A stretch of 64,000 nt of DNA from Candidatus Bathyarchaeota archaeon (GTDB lineage: Archaea; Thermoproteota; Bathyarchaeia; Bathyarchaeales; Bathycorpusculaceae), in the NCBI GenBank assembly GCA_963806535.1, contig CAWDYC010000008.1:64001-128000 (forward strand), given 5' to 3'. Below the pieces are notes generated by a model, which was not told the DNA's origin, made no database searches, and saw only the letters and a list, made by a program, of their open reading frames with translations. The position numbers and the translations under genes were made by a program. Positions 23,237-34,205 of this stretch are shown here, one piece after another (the first letter of the stretch is position 1; each line of letters begins with the position of its first letter).

Positions 23237-23344
23237 ACCGAGTTTATCCATTTTTTACGAGAATGACTTAGTTGCTCGTTGAAAAAATGAATTTTGGCAA
23301 GAACCTTCTGCCTTTTTTCTCTATTTTAAAAAGCCCAAAAAAAA

Positions 23345-24340
23345 CTAATTCGTTTTCTGGTATTTCCTTAGTGTTTGGATGGCTTTTTGTGCCCATTCAT
23401 TATCTCTCCAAAAAGCTCGACCTACCGCCACCAAATCCACTTTGCCCTCACTTACCAATTTATCTGCAAAAATAGCGTCGGTAATTCCGCCCACTCCAAT
23501 GATGGGAACGCTAACTGCCTTCTTGATTTCACTTGCCTGAGGAACAAAATAGCCCTTTACATGCTTTAACTGCTTTGGTTCGCTTCCACACATCCCGCCA
23601 GACACATCTATGATATCAACACCTGACGTCTCAAGCTTCTTGGCAAACACAACAGAATCCTCGATACGCGTTCCGCCTGGAGCTAAATCATCTGAACCTA
23701 ACCTGTAGAGCAAAAGCTTGCCATTGAGTTTCTTAAGTACTTTTTCAACAACCAACAGGGGAAATTTCATTCGCTTCTCCAGAGAGCCACCGTACTCATC
23801 ATCACGCTTGTTTAGCAATGGCGAAAAGAACTGATTAAGCAGGTATCCGTGTGCTCCATGAAGCTCAACCCCGTCCAAACCAGCCTTAACCGCGCGTTCA
23901 GCAGCCAAAGCGAAATCCTCGGCAATCGATTCGATCTCGCTAACTTCCAGCATCCGTGTTTTTGGTCTTGCCGAGGGTCCTGCTGGTTCGGTGCCGATGA
24001 CTTTTTTGTTTGTAACTCCGCCGGCATGCGATATTTGAACAACTGCAGGAACGCCAACCTCATGCAAACCCTTCGCAAGCTTCTCAAAACCGCCAATTAG
24101 CGAGTCAGCATAAATTCCTAGTTGTTTTGGCCCTATTTTTCCAGTCGGTGAAACGTACGCGTGCTCAACAATAGGCAAACCCAACGCTGAGGAACGGCGC
24201 ACATAAAAATTAATGAGTCTGTTGGTTACGACGCCTTCAAAACTAGCTCTTCCCGATTGCATCGGCGGCATAACAATTCGATTTCTAAGAGTATAACCCT
24301 TCACCTTCAAAGGCTCAATTAATCTAGGCAAACACGACAC
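23345..24340 (-). CDS. NADH:flavin oxidoreductase (old yellow enzyme family)
   Basis: LRNRIVMPPM, ELHGAHGYLLNQFFSP..NKRDDEYGGS, DLVAVGR. Confidence 0.92.
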   Translation of the reverse strand: MSCLPRLIEPLKVKGYTLRNRIVMPPMQSGRASFEGVVTNRLINFYVRRSSALGLPIVEHAYVSPTGKIGPKQLGIYADSLIGGFEKLAKGLHEVGVPAVVQISHAGGVTNKKVIGTEPAGPSARPKTRMLEVSEIESIAEDFALAAERAVKAGLDGVELHGAHGYLLNQFFSPLLNKRDDEYGGSLEKRMKFPLLVVEKVLKKLNGKLLLYRLGSDDLAPGGTRIEDSVVFAKKLETSGVDIIDVSGGMCGSEPKQLKHVKGYFVPQASEIKKAVSVPIIGVGGITDAIFADKLVSEGKVDLVAVGRAFWRDNEWAQKAIQTLRKYQKTN

Positions 24341-24455
24341 CGTTTCTATGAATGGAAACCAAAGCGCTATAATAACATATCAAAATTGAGGGTTGAAATC
24401 GAGGTTGTGTGAGAGTATTTTTAAAGTTGGATGATGAATTAAGGAAGACCAAATT

Positions 24456-25145
24456 ATGGATAAACCTGTTAGCAACATAAGAATTCAAGCACTTGTTGGA
24501 TTAGCAGCTCTTGCTGTTGTCCTGTGGCTTGCGCTTTTTTTGCCAGCTGGTTCATTGAATTATTGGCAGGGATGGGCCTACTGGTTTGTCTTTGTAATAT
24601 GTGTGTCATCAATCAGCATTTACTTTCTGAAAAAAGATCTCAATCTTATAGCAAGTAGGCTGAAAACTGGTCCTTCCGCAGAAAAAGAGAATAGCCAAAA
24701 ACTCGCAAATTCGCTCATAACTATTTTTTTCATTTTGTTAATTCTCATTCCGCCATTTGATCATCGCTACCAATTATCCAATGTTCCAGCGTATGTTGCT
24801 TTGGCATCGTATGTTTTTGTTGCAATTGGACTTTTTATAATTTTTCTAGTCTTTAAAGAAAATAGTTTTACATCTGCAGTCATTGAAGTTAACCAAGGGC
24901 AAAAAGTAATATCGACAGGACCATATGGCGTAGTTCGCCACCCTATGTACGCAGGAGCATTGCTCATGTTGCTATTCACTCCCCTTGCACTGGGATCATT
25001 TTGGGGACTGCTTGCCTTTATTCCCATGTTTTTGGTGATTGCTTTGAGAATTGTTGAAGAGGAAAAGTTCTTGGCGAAAAATTTGTCTGGGTACGCTGAA
25101 TATTGCAAGGAAGTTCGTTGCCGTTTAATTCCCTTTGTCTGGTGA
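24456..25145 (+). CDS. Isoprenylcysteine carboxyl methyltransferase/PEMT family membrane protein
   Basis: VISTGPYGVVRHPMY, EEEKFL, RLIPFVW. Confidence 0.88.
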   Translation: MDKPVSNIRIQALVGLAALAVVLWLALFLPAGSLNYWQGWAYWFVFVICVSSISIYFLKKDLNLIASRLKTGPSAEKENSQKLANSLITIFFILLILIPPFDHRYQLSNVPAYVALASYVFVAIGLFIIFLVFKENSFTSAVIEVNQGQKVISTGPYGVVRHPMYAGALLMLLFTPLALGSFWGLLAFIPMFLVIALRIVEEEKFLAKNLSGYAEYCKEVRCRLIPFVW

Positions 25146-25203
25146 ATATTATTTAGACTACAACAATTCACGTGAAGCTCCTAAACTTCTAGCATTGATA
25201 TGT

Positions 25204-26327
25204 TCACAAGACGTTTTTCAATAATGGTATTCTGCGGAAAACGAAGTATGGAACGCAAATCACGCAGAGGAGCAACCATTTTGCAATGGGGTACAATGCA
25301 ACCGGACTAAGCAACAGAGTGACTGGGATGATGATCATGGGATGAAACATATAGACGGCAAACGAGTTATCTGCCAGCGTTTTTACCAACTTGCTTTGGT
25401 GGTTAAACTTTTCCTTGAAGAAAGCGATCAGCCCGATGCCCATGGCAACCGCTATAAAGGATTCCCATAGCGAAAATGCCGCGCTTTGCCAAGTTAGGCC
25501 GCCCTCAAGGGCAACCGTTGTTCCGTTTGCAGTAGCAACTGCCACCAGCAAAAACCAAGCGAGGAAGCCCAAGACAACAGCTGTAATTAGCCATCTTTTT
25601 CCGGTTCGATAGGTAATTCTGGCAAACAGGTTGTTTCGATAAGCTATAATGCCCAGGATGAAAAGGACAACGTATGAAGCGAAATAGCAGAGCTGGAAGT
25701 TCAGGATGTCAGTCCCAATCGGTTGAACGATTCTGATCAAGAAGGCAAAGATGGAAATAATCAGTATAAGTCCGACTATCACGCCTATCGTTGGATTTAG
25801 CTGTTTCCTGTCAGAGTCAGGTGCGGACCTGCGAGATGAAAGACGCATCAACCCGTAGATAAGGGAAAAAGCCAAAAAGCGCCGCTGCAAACCACATCGG
25901 TCCAGTACCTGAAAGAAAGCCGATTAGGTTAAAGCCGGTTGATTTGTTGCCGAGTTCGACGATTTCGATGAATGGGGTTATTGCTATCATAAAGATCAAA
26001 GTGGGGATGACTAGGCGTTTGAATCTGTCTCCGACAAACCTGCCAAAACCTTTTCGATCATAGCTTCCTGCAACAAAATATCCGGAGATCAAAAAGAGGA
26101 GCCCTAAGAAATATCCTTGTGTAAAAGATTGGTAAAATGCGAACACAACGGTGGATAAAGTATCGAGATGCGTGCCTTCAATGTAAGTACCAGCTTCCAA
26201 AGCCGCTGTACGTTACAGCCAGATGAATCGTGATAACAAGTATGATTACCAGCAGTCGAAGATTATCGATGTAAAGCAGCCTTTCCTTAACATTCCCAGG
26301 TTCATTTTCGACTAAGTTGGCTGCCAA
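25204..26327 (-). CDS. Acyltransferase-3 family membrane protein (OpgC/MdoC-like), frameshifted
   Basis: RLLYIDNLR...H, LLFLISGYF...RFKRL, GPMWF, SFAVYMFH. Confidence 0.82.
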
Positions 26328-26337
26328 GTTACGACCT

Positions 26338-27069
26338 TCATTTCCACTTCGTCAATATCTCTTCTCTTCTGAAAGTGGCTCTACTTAAGAAATTTAGAGC
26401 TATGTCCACGATTACTAAAATGCCAGCAAAAATCAGAAGATTATTAATACTGAACGAAAAAAGCCCTTCCGCGCCTGCAAAGAAGACTGCAACAAACGGG
26501 ATAAACATGAGACCAGCAATCTGGTTTGCACCTCGAACGTCGCTTACCCTGGAAGATGCAATAACTGCTACTTCAATACTAAGAATTCCTGCGAGAGGAG
26601 CGAGGAGTAACAGCATAACTCCGGCGTTCCAGTTGGGAAAATAATAGTAGCCTAATCCACCTTTGTAGAGTATGTAGTCCGATGCTGCCATGAAGACCGA
26701 TGCTCCTGTCCACGCAGATATGATAGGCGGTATGAATGCTGCAATACTTTTCCCGAGTAGAATCTCTCCATCAGTTGTTGGCGTCGCCAGCAAAGGTTCT
26801 AACGTATTCTCAACTTTTTCACCCACAATACTGTAGGCAGCAATCGTGCTGGGAAGAACAGTTGCTAAAACAACGAAAATGTAAATAATTGATTCAGCAC
26901 CAAGAGATATCGTCGTTGGGATTCCGTTCGCTATTTGATTCTTGACAACGAATGAGAAAACCACTGCAATGAGAAGGGGAAGGCCAACAGTATAGAATAT
27001 GATACTTCTTTTTCTGCTGATTACCTTCAACTCTTTGCGTGCTATCTTCCACGGTATCCAGGTTGTCAT
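26338..27069 (-). CDS. ABC-2 type transporter permease
   Basis: IARKEL, SIVGEKVENTLEPLLATP, ILLGK. Confidence 0.88.
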   Translation of the reverse strand: MTTWIPWKIARKELKVISRKRSIIFYTVGLPLLIAVVFSFVVKNQIANGIPTTISLGAESIIYIFVVLATVLPSTIAAYSIVGEKVENTLEPLLATPTTDGEILLGKSIAAFIPPIISAWTGASVFMAASDYILYKGGLGYYYFPNWNAGVMLLLLAPLAGILSIEVAVIASSRVSDVRGANQIAGLMFIPFVAVFFAGAEGLFSFSINNLLIFAGILVIVDIALNFLSRATFRREEILTKWK

Positions 27070-27989
27070 TGTATGTTCTCCTTCACGAGTTTCAGGTAAG
27101 CGTCTTCTAGCGAGCTGCTAGTAACCGTAACTGTTTCAATGCGTGCTCCCGCTGCAACGATTGCGTTTATCATGTCAGGATTCTCCTCCTCCGGATTCAC
27201 TACGTCGACTGTAAGTTTGTTACCTTCCTTGACCAAGTTTTTGACCTGCAATCTTTTTAGCGAATCCAAGATTGCTTCGTTCACCTGTCTCAGTTGGATC
27301 GCGGTCTTCCTTCCATGAATCGACCTTTCAAGTTCCTCAGGGGTACCTACCGCCATCAACCTGGTATTCAATATGCCAATTCTATCGCAGATCCTCTGCG
27401 CCTCATCTAGGTTGTGCGTATTGATAAAAATGGTCTTTTTCTCCTTCTTCAAATCGAGGATGAATTCCCTCACTGCTTTTGCAGCCTCAGGATCCAGGTT
27501 CGCAGTCGGCTCATCCATAAAAAGTATCTCCGGGTCGTGTACGAGAGCTCGTGCTATGGCAAGCTTCTGCTTCATTCCCTTCGAGAACGTCCCTGCCAAA
27601 GCATTTCTCTTCTCCCAGAGTCCGAGTAACTTGAGGAAGTACTGGTTGCTCTCTTTCCGCTGGGAGTCAGTGCGCCTATACAGCGTCCCATAGTAGTCCA
27701 GATTTTCATATGCTGTGAGAGACTCGTAGAGACCTACGTTGTCGGGTACGAGCCCGATGATCTTCCTGATCTTAAGAGCATCTTCTTGATTGCCAAGTTC
27801 ATAAGTTCCAATCTTAGCTTTGCCGCTTGTCTTGGATATCAAGCAACAGAGCATCCTAACTGTAGTGGTTTTTCCTGCCCCGTTAGGACCTAGAAATCCG
27901 AAGACTTCGCCCTTATCTACGCGAAGGGTTAGGTTGTCGACCGCGGTGAAGTCACCGAATTTTCTTGTTAAGTTTTCAATTTCAATCAA
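27066..27989 (-). CDS. ABC transporter ATP-binding protein (export type)
   Basis: GPNGAGKTT, FSKGMKQK, MDEPT. Confidence 0.93.
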   Translation of the reverse strand: MIEIENLTRKFGDFTAVDNLTLRVDKGEVFGFLGPNGAGKTTTVRMLCCLISKTSGKAKIGTYELGNQEDALKIRKIIGLVPDNVGLYESLTAYENLDYYGTLYRRTDSQRKESNQYFLKLLGLWEKRNALAGTFSKGMKQKLAIARALVHDPEILFMDEPTANLDPEAAKAVREFILDLKKEKKTIFINTHNLDEAQRICDRIGILNTRLMAVGTPEELERSIHGRKTAIQLRQVNEAILDSLKRLQVKNLVKEGNKLTVDVVNPEEENPDMINAIVAAGARIETVTVTSSSLEDAYLKLVKENIQ

Positions 27990-28107
27990 TTTGACATCAT
28001 TATCACAGGTTGCTTCTTGAAGATCTGATTACATCTGAGAATAGGTTTGATATTTAAGCCTTGATTCGAAAAGAATTTTGGGCTTAAAGAGATAAGAATA
28101 ATAGGAA

Positions 28108-28185
28108 TGGCGCCCAGGCCGGGATTTGGACCCGGGTCCTTCGGGCGACAGCCGAATATACTGGACCGAACTATACTACCTGGGC
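28108..28185 (-). tRNA. tRNA-Asp(GTC), intronless, CCA genome-encoded
   Basis: GCCCAGG/CCTGGGC acceptor stem, anticodon arm TTCGG-CTGTCGC-CCGAA, T arm CCGGG-TCCAAAT-CCCGG, G73 discriminator, CCA. Confidence 0.92.
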
Positions 28186-28260
28186 ATAAGCGCCGCAACA
28201 ATACACGATAATTCAACTAATTAATGTTTCTCGGAAAAACTGTTTGCATCAAACCTAATG

Positions 28261-29242
28261 CTACTTCATTTTGGGTTTAGTTGGTTTCTTTGTTTTGCGT
28301 GAATAAAGAGTTTCATTCATCCACTTTACTTGATTTTCACTTAGTTGGGCTCCCCAAGTTTTAGGTCCAATAGTTGCGTTTACCAACATTTCGTAGAATC
28401 TTTTTCTTTCCAGCAAATAGGTTTTCTCTATTCTGTATGCAAAGTGATGATCTCCTTCATCTGTTTCCACGATACCTTTGTCAAATATTCGAACTAAATC
28501 AACCTCCACTTTACCCCGTTTCTTCTTTAGGTTAGCAAGAAACGCCAAATCCCCGAGTTTAATATTTTTAAAACAAGTGGGACCAATATCTGCAACAACC
28601 GACAAATCGCTTGCCCAGTTTGCTTCTTTCTTAATCTTGCGCTCAACATTTTTTGACAATACATCGGGAATAGTAAAGTACCATCGACTAACATAATCGT
28701 CTGTCCAATTCTTGATCTGAGTATGCGGCTTAGTTTTCTTTGAATCACCGATGTTTCCGTTCTTTTCCATGTTCCACATTTTCTTGAGTTTTTGAAGCTC
28801 TCTTACTGTTTTTGCATTTTCCCATAAACTGCTGAAGAAACTCTTGACTTCACCAACTTCTGAGCCATCAAGGAGCACTCCTGTTTCGACAGAGCTTTCA
28901 AAGGCAGGTTTTGTCAGATTTGCCGATGTAATCAACGCTGAGTTGTCAAAAATGTAAATGTTAGAATTAAAATTGTCATGAGACTTTACGTTATCACCAT
29001 TAAAATGCTCCATGAAATACTGAATTTCATAGGGATTAACGTCACCGCTTTTGATAGCAAAGTCAGTGACTTTAAAAACAAAACGGATGTCCGCAGGTGG
29101 ATTCTTCAATATCTCTTGAGAAAAGACTTCATGTGCATCCGACTCCCAGATTTGGTGAGCATACCCACAAAATGTCTTTTGTTTCTAAAGATTTTTGCTG
29201 AATCGTTTCGTAAAGTTCGTTGCAGGAGAGAAATTTGACCAT
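28261..29242 (-). CDS. Phospholipase D-fold (nuclease-like) protein with degenerate HKD motif, frameshifted at the 5' end
   Basis: WVCSP, FNSNIYIFD...ITSANLT..AF...VETGVLL...FF..LW; ATG at 29242. Confidence 0.65.
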
Positions 29243-29334
29243 AGCATAAAGTATGTTTGTTTATATAAAACATTTTTCTTGCAGAATTTCACCGTGGCAA
29301 GTTTTAAATATAAAAGCAAACGGAAATAGAAGCC

Positions 29335-29757
29335 ATGACAACTAAATCAGCCAGTTTGGGGATTAATTCATAAAATCCTTATGATTCTTCGTATTCATAA
29401 ATATCATCGGCGATGTAGCCAATGTTGTCACATAGTGGACAGTTCCTTCCAAACCTGGCTTATCATTGATATAACAGCTATATCGGAAACGCCATAGGCA
29501 ACAATTCCATAACTCTTATCGTCGGCAGCATTATTCTGTTAGCTGTTGCAGCAGTCTATGTTGTTTCGCTGTTTGGATTATTTAGAAAACAGTTGTGGGC
29601 GCCACTTCTAGTTGTCGCTATCTCAATTGTCAACCGAGCAATTCACAGTACCGCTATACATGATAAATGCAGCATTAGGATTCTTCAGCGTTTGGACAGT
29701 AATTCTTGTAATAACCGCTTATCTTGATTCGCGCAAAATCAAAAAACAGCAGTCTAA
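29335..29757 (+). CDS. Small membrane protein, broken by several frameshifts; boundaries approximate
   Basis: Hydrophobic fragments such as IILLAVAAVYVVSLFGLFRKQLWAPLLVVAISIVNR and FFSVWTVILVITAYLD. Confidence 0.45.
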
Positions 29758-29765
29758 CTCAGTTC

Positions 29766-30256
29766 TTATGCTTGACTTTTTGGGCTCTGATGCTTTTTCC
29801 CTGACATGTAGTCGATATCGATTCTGCCCATCGTTGTGCTTCTCAAGTTTCTCAGGCTTAATCTTCGCGAGTTTGGCTTCAGGGTTAAGGGAAACCTGCC
29901 GCACCAGAACCTCCATCGCATGCTGCTTCTCAACTTAAATCTTCAATTAACGACATTTTGCCGCTGAAATGAACTGAAGTGTAAGCATAATCGCATTCCT
30001 CAGTAACGCCAAAATCCAGCAGCGCCTGCCCCCACACCCTGCTGTTAGCTTTTAAGAACTCCAGTTTCTTGCCTTCAGGTGCACAATGAAAGTACAAGCA
30101 GTTTTTGTCTTCGTCATAGCCATGGCTTAAGGAGACAAGATATGGTTCATTCTCCATGCAGAGAGCAACAGTAACATACTTGGTACTTTTTAGAACTTGC
30201 CTCAACTCTTCGCAGTCAGTTATTTCTCGGTCTTTGCGTCTAACATGAAAAGACAT
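29766..30256 (-). CDS. Pyridoxamine 5'-phosphate oxidase-like (NimA/NimC) flavin-binding protein, frameshifted
   Basis: RRKDREITD, PYLVSLSHGY, LYFHCAPEGKKL, C-terminal IDIDYMSGK. Confidence 0.85.
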
Positions 30257-30433
30257 ACTTCACCGTAAAGTAGAAATGCAATATTAACTTTTAGAGCTGA
30301 AAAATAGAGCGACAAAACAAACTGAAAACAAAAGTAAGCACTCGCATTTACAGAAGAATTAATAAGTCTTACATCTACACAGTTAAAAAAATGCTAATGA
30401 AATAGATTAATTATATCTCAAGAGGAAAAGGAT

Positions 30434-31084
30434 TTGAAAAACTACTTCAAAATAGCCATTAAATGGCTTTTCTTTATTCCGGAATGGCTCGATTATAAGG
30501 AAGCAATTAAAAAACGTAGTTTCCTACTCACTGAAAATCCAAAATATCGTAATTATTCAATTGGCAGATACTCCTATTGTTGGGGAAAATTAACATTGCA
30601 TAAATCGACAGATATGGCAACTTTAAGAATTGGTAGTTTTTGTTCAATAGCAATGAACGTTACCATTTTTCTTGACAGCAGACATCGAGTTGATTGGGTA
30701 ACTACTTATCCTTTCAGTGATCATTTCACCGAATTTAAGAATTTCACAGGAAATCTAAACTCAAAAGGCGATGTTGTCATAGGTAATGACGTTTGGATTG
30801 GTTGGGGAGTAACTATTATGTCGGGAGTTAGAATCGGTGATGGAGCGATTATCGGTGCTTCCAGTGTTGTCACCAAAGATGTAGAACCCTATGCGATAGT
30901 TGCTGGTAATCCAGCCCAATTAATTAGAAAGAGATTTGACCAAGAAACAATTGACCGTTTGCTTAAAATCAAGTGGTGGGATTGGAAAACAACACGCATC
31001 AGAGAAAATATGCCTCTACTTTTATCAGGCAATGTTAAAGAATTTGTTGACAAAAACTTCAATGAGAAAATGCAAGAACACTAA
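30434..31084 (+). CDS. CatB/Vat-related hexapeptide O-acetyltransferase
   Basis: IGSFCSIA, H...VTTYPF, KGDVVIGNDVWIG, IVAGNPAQLIRKRF, LLKIKWWDW. Confidence 0.9.
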   Translation: MKNYFKIAIKWLFFIPEWLDYKEAIKKRSFLLTENPKYRNYSIGRYSYCWGKLTLHKSTDMATLRIGSFCSIAMNVTIFLDSRHRVDWVTTYPFSDHFTEFKNFTGNLNSKGDVVIGNDVWIGWGVTIMSGVRIGDGAIIGASSVVTKDVEPYAIVAGNPAQLIRKRFDQETIDRLLKIKWWDWKTTRIRENMPLLLSGNVKEFVDKNFNEKMQEH

Positions 31085-31328
31085 GAAGCTGTTACGCAAA
31101 GCCAACACCGTAAACTTAATACTTGTATCACTTTCTGTTCTTGCGACTTTTCAAGGGAAAATGCCTCCTTGATAGCAACTTTTTTATTTGTGTCTCCCAA
31201 CGACATGGTAACTTAAGAGACCACTGAGGACTTCACAGTTTTTTACCTATAATAAAAAAAAGTGGAAAGTGCCTATCTGAAACACTAAGATCAGTAACAA
31301 TGATTAGTCCCAATAGAAAAAGTGATCG

Positions 31329-32427
31329 ATGTTGGAAAAGCCACAACCATTCAAGAAATGGGTATCAATAGTAGCAGTAATTGGATTTGTTGTTTTCTTA
31401 GTCTATCTTTTCTTCTTCACTGACTTTACAGAAGTGGAATTGGTAATTGGCGGAGCCAGCATCCCCATTTATGCTTTAGCTTTTCTTGCAGTGATAGGCA
31501 GCGTAGTCTTTGATGCTCTGTCTTGGAGAGCTATTCTGGGGTCTTTGGGAGAAAGATTAGGTTTCTGGAGAATGTTTGAACTTACATGGATCGGTCAGTT
31601 TGTAGACACTCTTGTTCCTGGTGGATGGGTCGGAGATTTATTCAAGACTTATCTCCTATACAAGGAAGATGGAGTCCATGGAGCCAAAGCAACTGCGGCA
31701 ATCGTAATAAAAGATGTATTGGAGTTATTCTTCAGTTTGGGGTCTGTCATAATTGGATTAGTTCTTTTGCTGTCCTTCTACTCCATTAGTGGAGTATTAA
31801 TGACAGCTATAACAATAACTTTTCTTTTCCTGTCCTTGCCTCTTATCTTGGTCATTTATTTAGCCATGAATATGAAAGCCACAACGAAACTGATGAATGG
31901 AGTCTATAAGATAGTCTGCAAGATAAAAGGAGAACAAACTGGAAAGTCTCTACAAGAGAAGCTAAAAGGACAGATACAAGAGTTTCACGATGGCATTGTC
32001 TCAATGAGACGATAACCCAAAAGGAATGATCAAACCCACCATCTATCAAATAATATCAGGGATATTTAGTGCACTTGTGCTTCTGTTTGTCTTCTACGCA
32101 CTGGGTGAGTTTATTGGATTTGACAAAGTCCTCATCACCAACACAATAGTCAGTAACATCCAAGTGCAGGGAGTAATGCTTGCAGGATTCTCTCAGATAG
32201 TAAGCAGCACTCTTTACAATGTTCTTGGAATAGCACCTGTACTCTCAGTAGCCTCAAGTCTTCTATCAGGATTTGCCGCATTCTGGTTCAGACTGGTTGT
32301 ATCATTTGGATACTTCCAATTAATAGTTGCAGAGAAATGTGTTCCATTCTTCTGCAGAAAATGCGGAGGATGGAGATCAATGAGAAAGAAGAGCTGTGAT
32401 GATCCAATAATCAAGAAGAAAAAATAA
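31329..32427 (+). CDS. Lysylphosphatidylglycerol-synthase TM/flippase-like (UPF0104) membrane protein, frameshifted
   Basis: ALSWRAIL, GQFVDTLVPGG..GDLFKTYLL; multiple TM helices; FWFRL near the C-terminus. Confidence 0.72.
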
Positions 32428-32719
32428 CAAGTAATATGGGGATTTTAGCGGAAAGTTTAAGGCAACACAGAAAAGCGTGTCTGCCATATTGTTTATTGAG
32501 AGGGTTTTGTGAGTAAACGTAGATTTTTTGATTCTCCAAATTGCGGATGCTGTATCTACAAAGCAAGTAGTTACTGTTGGGGGCAATGCTCCCTAAATAT
32601 CTGGAAAAGAGACAGAGAGTATTGATGCATTTTGAAATCGGTTTTGCTAGCGCTTTCTGTTAGACTTGCCTGCGACATCTTTAGAGTAATTCGGTTTTTC
32701 TTAGCGGTGACCTAAGAAG

Positions 32720-33052
32720 TTGGATTCCGTTTTGGAAAAGACCTACACACTTATTGTAAAAGTGGTTGACTTTCAAAGAAATAAACCAATCCAGAATGTT
32801 AACGTAAAAGTTTTCAGATTAGAAAAAGAATCAATAACACTCAAACAATGGGCTGAAAATCTCAAAAATGGAAGCCCCTTTAGAAGATTGATGATCTCAA
32901 TGAATACAGATAATTCCGGGAAGATAATTGCCGAGCTTACAGAGGGTATTTATGAAATTGAAGTCGAGAAATGCGGCTATGCTAAGGTTTGCGACCTAAA
33001 GAAAAATGAGGAAGCTGTTTTTGTTGAGCCGAAAAAGCAGTGGTGGCGATAA
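32720..33052 (+). CDS. Hypothetical protein with carboxypeptidase-regulatory-like beta-sandwich pattern
   Basis: VKVVD....PIQNVNVKV...TDNSG.....L.EG.YEIEVEK.GY. Confidence 0.5.
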   Translation: MDSVLEKTYTLIVKVVDFQRNKPIQNVNVKVFRLEKESITLKQWAENLKNGSPFRRLMISMNTDNSGKIIAELTEGIYEIEVEKCGYAKVCDLKKNEEAVFVEPKKQWWR

Positions 33053-33175
33053 TCACTTTTTTGGAAAGAGTGATAGATTGAATATTTTGGTTAAAGTGAG
33101 TTATGCCACGTAAGTTATGGATGGTTTTTTAAAGCTTATTATTGGAAAGACCAACGAGAATACAACACAACATTT

Positions 33176-33210
33176 ATATGAATAATTATTCATATGAAAT
33201 ATAATTCATA
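33176..33210. promoter_or_regulatory. Tandem ArsR/SmtB-type operators overlapping the TATA box
   Basis: Perfect 20-bp palindrome ATATGAATAATTATTCATAT (33176-33195) and second TGAAATATAATTCA (33195-33208), just upstream of an ArsR gene. Confidence 0.75.
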
Positions 33211-33237
33211 CTAACATTAGGGGCAAGATGAAACAAA

Positions 33238-33559
33238 ATGAAAACAGGATATAACAAAAATCTGCTACCGCTTCTTCTCCAACCTCGCAAACCCCACAAG
33301 ACTCGCCGCACTTGAACAATTAATGGAGAAACCAATGAGCGTAAACGAACTCGCAACCGCACTTGGGCAGGAACAAAGCATGATTTCACACAACCTAAAA
33401 CCCTTGCTCCAATGCAACCTCATCCTCGTCAAAAAAGAAGGCAAAAAACACATCTACACAGTCAATGAAGAAACCCTGCGCCCAATCTTTGATGCCATCC
33501 AAAACCACGCAGAAAAATTCTGCCCCACAGGCGGAAAGTGCCTAAGAGGAGAAAACTAA
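33238..33559 (+). CDS. ArsR/SmtB family transcriptional regulator, frameshifted at the 5' end
   Basis: FFSNLANPTRLAALEQL...MSVNELA...EQSMISHNLKPL...KKEGK...Y; C-terminal HAEKFCPTGGKC. Confidence 0.88.
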
Positions 33560-33560
33560 C

Positions 33561-34205
33561 ATGAAAAGAAAAATTGTAAACATAAATGAAAATCTCTGTA
33601 ACGGATGCGGAGCCTGCATACCTAAATGCGCAGAAGGCGCATTACAAATTGTAAATGGGAAGGCGAAAATTATCAAGGAGGTTTACTGTGACGGACTTGG
33701 CGCGTGTTTGGGTCAGTGCCCGCAAGGAGCAATTACCATAACGGAACGGGAAGCTGAACCTTTCAGTGAAACGGAAACTCATGAACACCTAAAAAGCAGA
33801 ACCCCAGAACCAACCATAACCATCCAAAGTAACCAGACTCCGCAAAAACCGCAATGGCCAGTAAAACTAGACCTTGTCCCGATAAAAGCGCCGTTTTTTG
33901 AAAACGCCAATCTGTTATTTGCCGCTGATTGCGCTCCGATTGCACTTAAAAACTTCCACGATTTAATGGTAGGTAAACGAACCATTATTGGCTGCCCAAA
34001 ATTCAACGATGCAATGGCTTATGCTGAGAAATTGGCTGAAATCTTCAAACAAAATACCATTGCCTCTGTAACTGTTGTTCACATGGAAGTTCCATGTTGC
34101 ACTGGCTTGAAATGGGCAGTAAACAAAGCGCTTGCAACCTCAGGCAAACAAATCCCAGTTAAAGAGCTTGAAGTAAAGATTGGAGGTGAAATAGTTGAGC
34201 TCTAA
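33561..34205 (+). CDS. 4Fe-4S dicluster protein with C-terminal Cys-rich domain
   Basis: CNGCGACIPKC, CDGLGACLGQCP, QWPVKL, AADC, GCPKF, MEVPCC. Confidence 0.88.
   Translation: MKRKIVNINENLCNGCGACIPKCAEGALQIVNGKAKIIKEVYCDGLGACLGQCPQGAITITEREAEPFSETETHEHLKSRTPEPTITIQSNQTPQKPQWPVKLDLVPIKAPFFENANLLFAADCAPIALKNFHDLMVGKRTIIGCPKFNDAMAYAEKLAEIFKQNTIASVTVVHMEVPCCTGLKWAVNKALATSGKQIPVKELEVKIGGEIVEL

Noticed and set aside
25204-28110. Integrated island at the 3' end of tRNA-Asp
   Set aside because: No integrase and no duplicated tRNA 3' end were found in the window; only an impression of differing codon usage.
27986-28216. 76-aa ORF over the tRNA
   Set aside because: It overlaps tRNA-Asp entirely and is spurious.
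30434-31084. CatB/Vat-like gene as a true antibiotic-resistance determinant
   Set aside because: Family motifs alone do not establish the substrate, and there is no mobile context.
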